In this document: one piece after another, positions 1 through 11,840 of the stretch
Position numbering within the stretch: the stretch's first letter is position 1
How the letters are laid out: each line of letters starts with the position of its first letter
Source of the DNA: Mobula hypostoma
Lineage: Eukaryota
Length of the DNA: 64,000 bases
Direction: 5' to 3'
Assembly (NCBI RefSeq): GCF_963921235.1
Contig: NC_086097.1
Span: 237,834,001 to 237,898,000 of the forward strand
The notes under the pieces: generated by a model
What the model saw: only the letters and a program-made list of their open reading frames with translations
Told to the model about the DNA's origin: nothing
The model's database searches: none
Made by a program: the position numbers and the translations under genes

Positions 1-189
1 TCATAAAAGACCATGAAGGACCTTAAAAGGTGAACTGGTTGAATCCTTCTCCATTACTGTTTTGAAACTAATACTTTCCCACCAGCTCTATCCTTTTTTT
101 CATACCTATCTTATGTTTTGAGATAACTATAAAAAAGGATAAATATATACTTTACAGTAAATTATTAAATTGTGGGAATGTAATTAAGG

Positions 190-1790
190 GAGCATTAGGC
201 AGGAGTTAGGGAGAGTTCATTGGGAAATGTTGTTTTTGGGTAAGTTCACATCTGACATGTGGAGGTTATTTAAAGACCAATTGCACAGAATACAGGTCAG
301 GTATATTCTCATAACAGGGGGTGACAAGAATGGCAAGGTGAGGAATCCTTGGATGATGACAGCAGTTGTGAATTTAGTCAAGAAGAAAAAGGAAGCAAAT
401 ATAAAATTAAGGAAAATACAATTGAATAGGACTCTTAAGGAATATAAAGAATTCCAAAAGGAAATCAAGAAGAGAAAGCCAGGAGAAGCTGTGTTACGAT
501 CTTGTCCAGTAGGGATAAAGAGGATCCCAAGGCATTCTATACACATATTAGAGCAGGGAGAGTGTAGGACCACCCAAGAATAAAGGAGGGAGAGTGTGCT
601 TGGAGATAGTGGACCCTAAATAATTGACATTCACCAATGAAACAGACACATCGGATAATGATTCAGCAAGGGCATTTTGCAATAAAGAAAAATGTTTAGG
701 GTCTCATGAAGAAAATGGGCCTGATGGGATATACCCCAGGTTATTAAGAGAGGCACAAGGTGTGATTTCTGCGATGTTGACAAATATCTTTGTGTCCTCT
801 CTTATCACAGGTAAGGTCCTGAAAGACTAGTAAGTAGCTAACGTTTATCTTTCTTTCAAGAAAGCAAAACAGAAAATATGAAGTCTAGGAAGCTAAAATT
901 GATCAAGACTCTATAAAGAATCCCAATAACTAACTAAATTCCAATTCCTAACTAAAAGGAAAATTGATGAAGGAAAGTTGGTAGATGTTGTCCACATAGA
1001 CATTAGCAAGGTCTTTGACAAGGACCCGCATGGGAGATTGGTCAGTCAGTTGGCAATCAGGATGAGGTAATAAAATAAATGTGACATTGGCTGCACAGGA
1101 GAAGCCAGAGAGTGGTAGTGGATGGTTCGTTTTCTAACTTGGAGGCCTGTGCCTAGACGTGCGCCGGGCCACATGGATAGGTGCCGGGTCTGGTGTTGTT
1201 TGTCATCTATGTCAATGATCTGGATGATAATGTGATAAGTTGGATCAGCAAATTTGTGGATAACTCCAAGACTGGAGGTGTAATGGACACCTATGGTGGT
1301 GAGAGTATGGAAAGAGTTGCTGATGGAAGTGGTGGATGTGGATTCGATTTAAACATTTCAGAAAATTTGGATAGGTACATGGGTGGGAGAGGTATGGAGG
1401 GCTATGGTGTGGGTGCAAGTCAATGGGATTCATAGAACATAGAACATAGAATAGTACAGCGCAGTACAGGCCCTTCGGCCCACACGTTGTGCCGACCCTC
1501 AAACCCTGCCTCCCATATAAGCCCCCAACTTAAATTCCTCCATATACCTGTCCAATAGTCTCTTAAACTTCAGTAGAGTAATAGTTCAGCCCAGACTTAA
1601 TTAGCTGAAAGGCTTTATGTGCTGAGGTGTTCTATAACTAAAGGAAATAGGGATAATCCTAGAAATTATAGACAGGCAAATCTCAGGTCAGTGTTCAGGA
1701 AACGATTAGAGAGGATTTCTGAGCATTTGGAAAAGCCTGGCCTAATTAGGAACAGTCAGCCTGGCTTTGTGAGGGGCAGGTAATTTCTTC
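190..1790 (+). mobile_element. Old degraded CR1-type LINE fragments
   Basis: Relic motifs GPDGIYPRLLRE, VDVVHIDISKVFDK and LFVIYVNDLDD..ISKFVD; many stops. Confidence 0.85.
1431..1577 (-). mobile_element. Short 3' end of a young CR1, inserted in an older CR1 tail
   Basis: Reverse complement matches 3101-3246, including the (TTCTATG)n tail. Confidence 0.85.
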
Positions 1791-1796
1791 ATTAAC

Positions 1797-2137
1797 GGAT
1801 AAACCTGATTCTGCCATGGGTCTCAATTGTGGAATGAGAGTAGGAATGGGGCCGGGAGAGGGTAATCATGGTCGGGAAAAGGGGAAAGGAGAGGAGAAGG
1901 AGTGGGAAGAACTAGAGATACATTCTGCAGTGATCAATAAACCAGCTGCTTGGAATCGAATGACGTCGCCTGGTGTCTCAGGGATGGGTGTATCTGCACC
2001 CATGCCATCCCCCGCCCTGGTAGTTCTTCTCTGCCACCTGTCCCACACTAGTCCCTCGCTATTCCCAACTTTCTTTGTTCCCGCCAGATTTATAAACTTC
2101 ATGTTGACTGTACCATTCAAAAGTGTTAGGCACCCTA
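1797..2137 (+). mobile_element. Non-autonomous composite repeat ending in a Tc1-type TIR relic
   Basis: Colinear with about 34478-34812; ends in caaaagtgttaggcaccc. Confidence 0.65.
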
Positions 2138-2139
2138 GC

Positions 2140-3246
2140 TAAGTCAGAAGGCACGGGATTCAGGGAAGTTTGGCCAGGTGGATTCAGAATTGGCTTGCCT
2201 GCAGAAGGCAGAGGGTGGTGGTGGAGGGAGTACATTCAGATTGGAGGGTTGTGGCTAGTGGTGTCCCACAAGAATCTGTTCTGGGACCTCTACTTTTCGT
2301 GATTTTTATTAACGACCTGGATGTGGGGGTAGAAGGGAGGGTTGGCAAGTTTGTCGATGACACAAAGGTTGGTGGTGTTGTAGATAGTGTAGAGGATTGT
2401 CAAAGATTGCAGAGAGACTGTGATAGGATGCAGAAGTCGGCTGAGAAGTGACAGATGGAGTTCAACCCGGAGAAGTGTGAGGTGGTACACTTTGGAAGGA
2501 CAAACTCCAAGGCAGAGTACAAAGTAAATGGCAGGATACTTGGTAGTGTGGAAGAGCAGAGATCTGGTAGTACATGTCCACAGATCCCTGAAAGTTGCCT
2601 CACAGGTTGATAGGGTAGTTAAGAAAGCTTATGGGGCGTTAGCTTTCATAAATTGAGGGATAGAGTTTAAGAGTCGCGATGTAATGATGCAGCTCTATAA
2701 AACTCTGGTTAGGCCACACTTGGAGTACTGTGTCCAGTTTTGGTTGCCTCACTATCGGAAGGATGTGGAAGCATTGGAAAGGGTACAGAGGAGATTTACC
2801 AGGATGCTGCCTGGTTTAGAGAGTATGGATTATGATCAGCGATTAAGGGAGCTAGGGCTTTACTCTTTGGAGAGAAGGAGGATGAGAGGAGACATGATAG
2901 AGGTGTACAAGATATTAAGAGGAATAGATAGAGTGGATAGCCAGCGCCTCTTCCCCAGGGCACCACTGCTCAATACAAGAGGACATGGCTTTAAGGTAAG
3001 GGGTGGGAAGTTCAAGGGGGATATTAGAGGAATGTTTTTTACTCAGAGAGTGTTTGGTGCGTGGAATACACTGCCTGAGTCAGTGGTGGAGGCAGATACA
3101 CTAGTGAAGTTTAAGAGACTACTAGACAGGTATATGGAGGAATTTAAGGTCGGGGGTTATATGGGAGGCAGGGTTTCAGGGTTGGCACAACATTGTGGGC
3201 CGAAGGTCATGTAATGTGGTGTACTATTCTATGTTCTATGTTCTAT
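2140..3246 (+). mobile_element. Young 5'-truncated CR1 LINE (RT C-terminus and 3' UTR)
   Basis: ORFs 2170-2451 (GVPQESVLGPLLF..KFVDDTK) and 2684-3214 (LVRPHLEYCVQFW..FFTQRV..WNTLP); (TTCTATG)n tail; stop and frameshift between the ORFs. Confidence 0.93.
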
Positions 3247-4009
3247 ACTGTATATATGTACCTACATAGTAACTTTTCACAAAGCAAATGAATATGAATG
3301 AAAGCTGATGTTTAAAAATGAATGAAAGGTGAGCACTCATGGAGATAAGATACTTGACTACTGTTACACTCCTTTCTGCAACACTTACAAAGCTCTCCTT
3401 CACCCAGCTTTTGGAAAGTCAGATCATTCTTCGATCCTGCTTTGGCCAACGTATAGGCAGAAGCTGAAACAAGAGGCAGCCATAGTTAAAGCTGTGGTCC
3501 AACTAATCGCCCTCCGTGCTGCAGGAATGCTTTGATGACGTCAACTGGAATGTCTTCTATGATGAGGATATTTTCGAGTCACTGATGGAGTCACATGCTT
3601 CATCCAGAAGTGCATCGATAATGTTGTCCCCCACAAGTCAGTCAGGGTCTTCACGAATCAAAAACCCTGGACCAATAGTTCCATGCGAGCAGCACTTACA
3701 GTGCGACATCGAGCTCAGGAAAAGCAGCTATGATCTGTGCAAAGCTATCAAGGCTGCGAAACAACAATACAGAGACAAGATTGTGTCAAGATTCACAATG
3801 CACATGTGACTTGTGACGAGGGCTGCATTCCATCGCAGACTGCAAAGCCAAACGTTGTGGTGCCACCAACATCGCGGCCTCTCTCCCAGATGAGCTCAAT
3901 CACTTTTATGCAAACAACAGGAATTCTGCAGATGCTGGAAATTCAAGCAACACACATCAAAGTTGCTGGTGAACGCAGCAGGCCAAGCAGCATCTATAGG
4001 AAGAGGCGC

Positions 4010-4045
4010 AGTCGACGTTTCAGGCCGAGACCCTTTGTCAGGACT
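4010..4045 (-). ncRNA. Minimal hammerhead motif with core substitution (CUGACAA)
   Basis: AGUC-CUGACAA-AGG(gucucgg)CCU-GAAAC-GUC-GACU. Confidence 0.55.
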
Positions 4046-4235
4046 AACTGAAGGAAGAGTCCCCGTCGAAGAGAGGATCTAAACTTCTTCGGTGTAGGCA
4101 TCACCGGAAGAGGCTTCGCAGTAGTGAATTTAAACGCAAACAACAGGAATTCTGCAGATGCTGGAAATTCAAGCAACATACATCAAAGTTGCTGGTGAAC
4201 GCAGCAGGCCAAGCAGCATCTATAGGAAGAGGCGC

Positions 4236-4271
4236 AGTCAACGTTTCAGGCCGAGACCCTTCGTCAGTTAG
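4236..4271 (-). ncRNA. Minimal hammerhead motif; core intact, 5' stem I arm disrupted at the inversion junction
   Basis: cuaa-CUGACGA-AGG(gucucgg)CCU-GAAAC-GUU-GACU. Confidence 0.55.
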
Positions 4272-4305
4272 TCCTGACGAAGGGTCTCGGCCTGAAACGT
4301 TGACT
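4270..4305 (+). ncRNA. Minimal type I hammerhead ribozyme motif
   Basis: AGUC-CUGACGA-AGG(gucucgg)CCU-GAAAC-GUU-GACU: stem I, intact core, stem II, no helix III. Confidence 0.7.
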
Positions 4306-7300
4306 GCGCCTCTTCCTATAGATGCTGCTTGGCCTGCTGTGTTCACCAGCAACTTTGATGTATGTTGCTTCAATCACTTTTATGCTCGGTTTGATGTCAC
4401 TAACTCCAGTCTCCGAGGAAAGCCACCGCTACAACCTGCAACCTGGTCATCTCTGAGGCTGAGGTCCGCAGATGTTTCCAACGAGTGGACAGTCGCAAGG
4501 CTGCGGGACCAGACGGCATCCCAGGGCGAGTACTCAGGATCTGCACAGCTCAACTGGCAGGTGTGTTTACTGACATCTTTAATCTCTCCCTCTCCCAGTG
4601 TAGAGTGCTCTCCTGCTTCAAATTATCCACCATTGAACCAAAAAAGACCAAGGTAACATGCCTGAACAATTGGCATTCTGTGACACTAATCTCAATAACA
4701 AGCAAATGCTTCGAAAGGCTGGTCAAGGACTACATCTGCAGCTTGCTACCACTCAAAATGGACCCCTAAGATTCGCCTACTGACACAACTGATTGACAGA
4801 CAACACAATAGCCACTGCTCTACATACCATCCTCACACATCTGGAGAAGAAGGGTGATTATGTGAAAATGCTGTTCTTGGACTACAGTTCGGCATTCAAC
4901 ACCATAGTTCCATCCAGGCTCAATAAGAAGCTCAGAAACCTCGGCCTTAACCCTGCCTTGTGCAGCTGGATCCTGGACTTCCTGTCAGATCGCCAGCAGG
5001 TGGTAAGAGTGGGCTCCCTCATCTCCACCCCTCTGACTCTCAATACAGGAGCCTCTCAGGGCTGTGAACTGAGTCCTCTCCTTTACTCCCTGTATATCCA
5101 TGACTGCATCACCACCCACAGCTCTAATCTGCTAATTGAATTTGCTGGTGATATTACACTGATTGGCCTTATCTCAAATAATAATGAGGTGGCCTTCAGG
5201 GAAGAAGTCATCTCTCTGACATAGTGATGTAAAGAAAACAACCTCTCCCTCAATGTCGTAAAAACAAAGGAGCTGGTTGTGGATTACAGGAGGAATGGAG
5301 TTGGGGCTAACCCCTATTGACATCAATAGATCTGGGGTTGAGAGAGTAAACAGCTTTAATTCCTCAGCATCCACATTACTGAGGACCTCACGTGGTCTGT
5401 ACACACCAGCTGTGTGGTGAACCCAAATCCTAAGAACTTTCTACAGGAGCACAATTGAGAGCATCTTGACTGGCTGCATCACTGTCTGGTATGGGAACTG
5501 TACCTCCCTTAATCGCAGGACTCTGCAAAGAGTGATGCAGACAACCCAGCACCTCTGTAGTTGTGAACTTTCCATGATTCAGGACATTTACAAAGATGTG
5601 TGTAAAAAGGGCCTGTAGGATCATTGGGGACCCAAGTCACCTCAACCACAATCTATTCCAGCTACTACCATCCGGGAAGTGGTACTGCAGTATAAAAGCC
5701 AGGACCAACAGGCTCCGGGACAGCTTCTTCCACCAGGCCATCAGACTGATGAACTCACGCTGATTTGGGTATACTCTTTGTTACATTGACTCTTCTATTT
5801 ATTATAAATTATTATAAATTACAATGATTGCACATTGCACATTTAGACGGAGATGTAATGTAAGATTTTTACTCCTCATGTATGTGAAGGATGTAGGAAA
5901 TAAAGTCAATTCAAATTTGCAACTAAAGTGCATCGGTAAGGTTGGGGGATTGGGGTGATTGGTTTCAATGCCATGCCAGGGGTGGAAGGGCAGGCACGGT
6001 GAGGCCAGATTAGTTGAGATTAATAAGGGACATACATTTCAGCTATCCCCACATAGTTGTATTGGGAAGACATCATTATGCCCTCATTGATCAACTGTGG
6101 TCATTCCCAGGACAACTTGGTTGATATTTCCTCTCAATGCTTTAAAAGAAGCATTGCATGGGAATGAATTTGACTTGCTCCCCCGCCCCCCCGAATGAAG
6201 CTATAGTGATGTGCCCAGTTGAATTTCTGAAGGCAAAATCCCCAGATTTAATCATTATTGCTCCTGAAGAAATTATAATTTCCAACAAGAAAATGCTGAA
6301 GCAAACATTGTGCAGTTGAATTTCCAGACAAGTATAGCCAAAGTGATTACACACAAAGGCTGTATCCCTGTACTCATGCTTTTCTTAATGGTTTTTGAGC
6401 CAGCAACTGTGCTGTGAGAAGTTCCAAGAATCAGTAGGCTGTTACAGGACAGGCAACATGGAGAACTGAAGAATGGATTCATGAAGAAATCACCGGTGAG
6501 ATACTGTGTCTGTCAACAATTAGATTTATTCATTAAAGCTGTTAACTGAACACAGATTTCCCTCAGAAAACAGCAACGTATTGCTGATCTTTATTTAATG
6601 GGTAGCAATTAATATTGATAATGCTACGACATGGGAAGTCACCTTAAAACTATAAGCAGATAACCTTAGCAGTGCTTAGGACATCATTAGCCTCCCTAGT
6701 AATTGTCACTTTTAACAGGACCTAAGGGAGAAATAGACTACAATGGAACCAGATTTCATGAGTATACAAGCATATACTGTTAGCTTACAAATTCAGTGCA
6801 TCTCTGGTCTCCCACTTACCTCTCTCCTTGGACTTGACTTGAATTCTGTGAAAAAGTGAAAATCTCCAACTGACACACACATCAGAATCAATGTGTATGT
6901 TCACTGTTTTCCAAACTGAACCTCTCGGCCCAGACTGACCTCAATTAATCAGGACAGTGCACGAAGACTCAGTGTTTGGGTCACTTCTCACAGACACAGC
7001 ACCCTAGCCCATTAGTTTTCTGATTCCTTAAACCCAGTCTACCCACATTATGACAGTAACACAACCACATGGATCACCCCCAGTTGGTGTTATTGCACCC
7101 TTTCCAAGGCCATAAGATCCTTCATGTATGCAGAATTGTACAAAATAGTCCAGCTGAATCAAACCAGTGACTTATATATGAAAACAAAACCTTGCCTTAC
7201 TGGCTTGTGTAATCTGTGGCACTCTATATATGGTCACAATTCCAAACATCTTTTTAATAGCATCAAAAGTATCTGCTACTTTGAAAGATTTGTGTAATCG

Positions 7301-7572
7301 GAGTATGAACTTTCTTCACTTTTTTGTCCTTCATAAAACTTTTTCACTTACCGTACATTGGCTGGTTCCTTCCTGTCAAAATCCATCACTACAAACTATT
7401 TGCAATAAAGTTAATCTGCAATACATTACCACCCACCCCCCACTGAAATTGACTCACACCCTTCAATGTTTATATCTCGACACTTGGTGTTTTGTGTATT
7501 GTCTTCCAATTGAGCAAGGCAATGCATGAAAATATCCTTGCCCTGATGTTGAAAACTGTAGGGAATCACATA

Positions 7573-7660
7573 CACATCAAAGTTGCTGGTGAACGCAGCA
7601 GGCCAGGCAGCATCTATAGGAAGAGGCGCAGTCGACGTTTCAGGCTGAGACCCTTCGTCA
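7573..7660 (-). mobile_element. 88-bp Penelope terminal-repeat fragment with intact hammerhead core
   Basis: Near-identical to 3953-4040; TSD ggaatcacata at 7562-7572 and 7661-7671; CUGACGA-AGG(gucucag)CCU-GAAAC-GUC. Confidence 0.8.
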
Positions 7661-7712
7661 GGAATCACATATGTAGTTTATGGTACCTTTGCTGAAGAAA
7701 GTGCTGCTCTAT

Positions 7713-8148
7713 AGACGCAAGAGATTCTGCAGACGCTGGAAATCCAGAGAAAGACACACAAAATGCCGGAGGAACTCAGCAAGTCAAGCAGCATCTATGG
7801 AAGTCAGTGAACAGTCAGCATTTCGGGCTGAGACCTTTTCTCAGGACTTGCTATTTATGCTTGTTCTTGGATCTTACCTTAAAAGCTGAAAGAGGTTAAT
7901 GGCTTAAATAGGTAAAATTGGAAGAAATAAATTTAATTCAAATGCATGTAACCTTCCATTTTGTATTCCTTCTTCTTCTCCCATCTCCCCATACTGACTT
8001 CTCCCCCCTTCCTTTCCAGACATGATAAAGAGACCAGACCTGAATCTTTGCTTATCCCTCTCCTCTCCATAGATGCTGCCAGAAATGCTAAATTTCTCCA
8101 GCACTTTGTATGTGTTACTCTGGATTTCCACCATTTGCAGAATTCATG
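7713..8148. mobile_element. Two older Penelope terminal-repeat relics in opposite orientations
   Basis: gattctgcagacgctggaaatcc...gcagcatctatgg at 7713-7848, with a reverse copy at about 8010-8148. Confidence 0.7.
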
Positions 8149-8161
8149 TATATGTAACTGT

Positions 8162-8670
8162 TATTAATAATAATAATAATAATAACAACAAACTTATTTA
8201 TAGAGCACTTTTCATACAGATGATGCAGTTCAAAGTGCTTTGCAATGGAATAAAAGTACATATATGAAAATAAAAGACAAAATAAAAACAAATATAAATA
8301 TAAAAATAGAAGATAAAACAAAAGTTTGTTTAAAGCAAGATTAAATAAAAAAAGGTTTTGAGCTGGTTTTTCAAAGTGTCACCTGAGTCTGCATCCCCTA
8401 TAGTTTTGGGTCCTGAATTCCACAGTTTGGGGGCATAGTTCAGAAAAGCTGACCTTTTGAGAAAGATTGTTTAAATTCAAGAGAGTGATGGAAGGAGAGC
8501 TGAGAACTTGAGCAGGATTAGAAAACAAAAACGATTTTGTGATGTATTCTAGTCTCAGACTATTGAGAGATTTAAAAAACAAATAAGAGAATGTTAAAAT
8601 CCCTTCTGAAAGATGTAGGAAGCTAATGCACATTAGCTAGTTTGGGAGTGATATGTTCCCTCGTCATGTT
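8162..8670 (-). mobile_element. L2-type LINE 3' end with (TTA)n tail
   Basis: aaagcactttgaactgcatc..tgtatgaaaagtgct..ataaataa terminus; degenerate FKSLN..YAPKLWNS-like frames. Confidence 0.7.
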
Positions 8671-9592
8671 TTTTTTTCTTGCTTCTCCATCTCCTTTCCT
8701 TCAGACAGGTGATAATTACGTGTACAATTAATTCTCCTTCTCTAATTCCAAGTTAATCATATTTTGTGGAGGAATGGGAAATTGGGCATCTCACAGGGAG
8801 TTCAGGATGTGCTTAAAGGACCTGACGCATGAAACACAATGATCAGATGCAGGTTCCGGAAGGAAGGCTAACAGATGCAGTTTTTCATTGTAAAGAGTCA
8901 GAGTGTAAAATAGGCAAGTTTGATGCAATTTGACTCAGTGCTAGTGAGATGACACCTGAAGCATTGCATACAAGTTTTATCTCCATATTGTAAAATAGGA
9001 TAGTATTGCATAGATTCCTGGGATAAAAGGTTTGATGTATGAAGAAAAGGTTAAGCAGGTTAGGCAGTTAACCACCAGAGCAGTTAAGATTAACTGTGAT
9101 GTTACTGTTAGGTGATATTATCGGTATATTGGATTAAAAAAATACAGATAGTAAAAGTCTGAAATTAGGAAAGCAGCAGGTCAGGCAGCATCCTTGTACA
9201 GAGAAGCTGACACCAGGCCTTTAATTTTAATTAAATCTATATCAGTCTTTGACTTGAAGCATTAACTGTTTCTCTTTCCACAGATGCTGTCTGAACTGTT
9301 GTGAGACTCCATCATTTTCTGATTATAATGTATTTCATCATTACTATCGAGCAAGATAATGATACCAAATTCAATAGGAATTGTAGTTTCTGAAAGAAAT
9401 ATAGAAAATATTTTTTTTCTTTCTCGGAATATCAAGGACAAGGAGGCAGAGCCCAAGAACAAGGGGTTACTCATTTAGGACACTGACATTGAGGATTTTC
9501 TTTTGTTAGATGATCATCTATCTCTGGAATTTCCTAACTCAGAAAATTCTGAAGGTAGAGTTCCTGAATATATCAAAGCAGAGGATGCAGAG

Positions 9593-9670
9593 CAGATTTT
9601 CCAACCTTTTCATACCATGGACCAATACCATTAAGCAAGGAGTCCATGGACCTCAGGTTCGGAGACCTTG
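9593..9670. mobile_element. About 80-bp hAT-type MITE, degraded
   Basis: Reverse-orientation relative of 16650-16731. Confidence 0.55.
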
Positions 9671-11375
9671 GCGTAGGGGAGGATTTGCAGGAAAATGACA
9701 CTGAGCCCAAGACTGGATCAGCCATGATCTTGCTGTATGATGAACAGTTAAGTGGCCAACTCCTACTCTTGCTTTCTACATTCTCATGGGCCATTCTGCT
9801 ACCTGTGTCAGTACATAGCTGGTGTATGATAGGAGTGGGGGAGGAGGTTTTTGTTGGGGAATGGGTGAGTTAAGGGCTCTGAGACAATTTGGATCTGTAC
9901 ATCTTCAAAATATGATGCTCATCAGCCAGGATATAAATTCTTCTCCTTGCTCCCATCAAGGAGGAGGTACAGAATCCCAAAGGCGCACTCAGTGTTGTAG
10001 GAACAGCTTCTCCCATCCGCCATCATATTTCTGAATGGACCATGAACCCATGTACTCAACTTCACAACCTTCTGTGCTCTCATTTTGCACAACTTATTTA
10101 ATTTAATTTATATATATCATTGTAATTTACAGTTTAAAAATATATGTATTGTACTGTACTTCTGCCTCAAAGTAACATATTTCACGACATATGCCAGTGA
10201 CACTAAACCTGATTCTGGTACAAATTTTCGAAGTTATACTAAACATGGTGGGAGGAATGTGCAGAAATTGTATCCCAGAATGTTGCCAATCTTTATTTGC
10301 TGTAGAAATTCAGGAATGTAGCTCAACAGAAAACATTTTGATGTGGCAAATCTTAGTGACTTTAATGTGCCTAATTCAGAGACACCCATGACACAAACTC
10401 CTACTTCCATGCTGGACAGTCGTGTTTGGAACAGTAATCTTTCTTCTTTGTTTCCTTTATTCATTGGATAAACTTTCAACCCTTGGGAAAACTGTACTCT
10501 AGTGATGAAGGCAATGTACCTTAACAACAGCCACTTGCTTTTATTCTGAGCTTTAACACAGTAAAGTGGCTCACAGTGCTTCACAAGTGCATCACAAAAC
10601 AAAATTTCACATGATGATACAAAAGGAAGTACTTTAAAATAAGACTTAAAACTTACAAAAAGGAGTATGTTCTACACAGGAAAAACCTTGATGAGCCAGG
10701 GATTTAAGGAGAAACTTTAGAGATTAATGCAAGATCACACATGTTTGAGAGATTAAAATTGGGAATACACAAGATGTGGAAAATGGAGGGTGAAATTCTG
10801 ATATGAGTTGTAATGTTGAAGGAGACTGCAAAATAAAACAGAGGCAAGTCCTCGAAGAGATTTCAAGACACAGATGAAAATATATCATTTAGTCAAAATC
10901 CAAAATGAGCCCAGGCTGCTGGGTAAGTGGAAAAGTGTGAGTGCCAATGCATTTAACTGCCTAGGATGAAGTAGATGGAAGTACAAGAAGGGACTAAAAA
11001 GCACATTGGAATAATCTAGCAGAACAGAAACCAAAAACAATCTTTGTGTTCCGGTTGTGGATGAGTTGAGGTATAAAGGAGACAGGTGATGTCATAGAAG
11101 CAGTTATTTTTTCCCACATAAACTGTTATCAGCAGGTCACCTTGGCAACGAATTAAGATGCCAGTCAGAATAAAGATCTGATACAGATTCAGAGACTTGC
11201 CAGAGAAAACATTGGAGTCGTCACTTATCAAAACAAATACTTAGACTATATACATTTACACCCAACTGCCGCGATATGAGGTTGGTCTCAAACCGTAATG
11301 ACAAAAATGACAAATTTTGCTGCGTCAAGAGATTCACACAAAATGATTTCCCATCATGAACATTAATTACATTTC

Positions 11376-11617
11376 CATGCTGTGTCCTGTTTCCTGACTT
11401 CTGACGTGGGCTTTCATGCATGAGGAGTGATTGTCAACGCAAACACAGTGTGCCCTATGCCTCATGCAATATAAACATGCAAGAATGATTTAAAAAGTCA
11501 GACCTGATTTGTTCATAGGTTTGGATGGGTACTTTTATAACATTTGCCCCAATCTGGCTCCAAAATAAATAAGCCACTTTCCGTGCCGAAGATGAGAACA
11601 GTAAGGATACCCATGCA
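11376..11617 (-). promoter_or_regulatory. RBFOX-type UGCAUG intronic splicing-enhancer cluster
   Basis: TGCATG on the gene strand at 11612-11617, 11476-11481, 11463-11468 and 11415-11420, plus GCATG at 11376-11380; about 150-390 nt downstream of the 78-nt exon donor. Confidence 0.65.
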
Positions 11618-11762
11618 TACTGTCACAAAGCCGTATCTATCACAATGACTTGCAACAAAACAAGGAAAAAAGCACAGAAAACGCATACAAGAGAACACAT
11701 CACAAATGACACAGACTTATTTCACTATTCCTCTAGAAAAGGTAACAAAAAGGTAGACTCAC

Positions 11763-11840
11763 AGATAGAAAACTTGTTGCTGTTGTCTTTCCCTGGGAAC
11801 AATTTAACTCCTCTAGATTTAAAATCTATGGATTTTTTCA
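11763..11840 (-). CDS. CSMD3: CSMD3-like internal exon (78 nt), CUB-to-Sushi linker
   Basis: Pyrimidine tract tttttgtttgtttttctaaatag| and |gtgagt donor; phase 1/1; encodes (V)KKSIDFKSRGVKLFPGKDNSNKFSI, matching my recollection of CSMD3 VKKAIDFKSRGFKLFPGKDNSNKFSI; joins the 113-nt exon in frame (G|TG=Val). Confidence 0.92.

Larger units (their letters stand above)
3912..4369 (-). mobile_element. Internally deleted Penelope-like element: two tandem terminal repeats plus one inverted terminal repeat
   Basis: Direct repeats offset by 226 bp; inverted copy at 4274-4370; 16-bp TSD tcaatcacttttatgc at 3896-3911 and 4370-4385; hammerhead motifs. Confidence 0.8.
3330..5914 (+). mobile_element. Rex1/Babar-like LINE, degraded, interrupted at 3912-4369
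   Basis: [38 protein letters not shown] and [17 protein letters not shown] motifs; AATAAA then tcaattcaa tail. Confidence 0.88.

Noticed and set aside
3912..4370. CRISPR-like or tRNA-gene reading of the repeats
   Set aside because: Eukaryotic context, long repeats, TSD and hammerhead cores fit a Penelope-derived insertion.
11513..11698. 61-aa hydrophobic ORF or cryptic exon after ttgttgcaag
   Set aside because: Weak AAG acceptor, early stop in the required phase, no good donor; better explained as regulatory intron.
1..11762. Next CSMD exon (CPDPG Sushi start)
   Set aside because: No matching codons found by eye on the minus strand; it probably lies outside the window.
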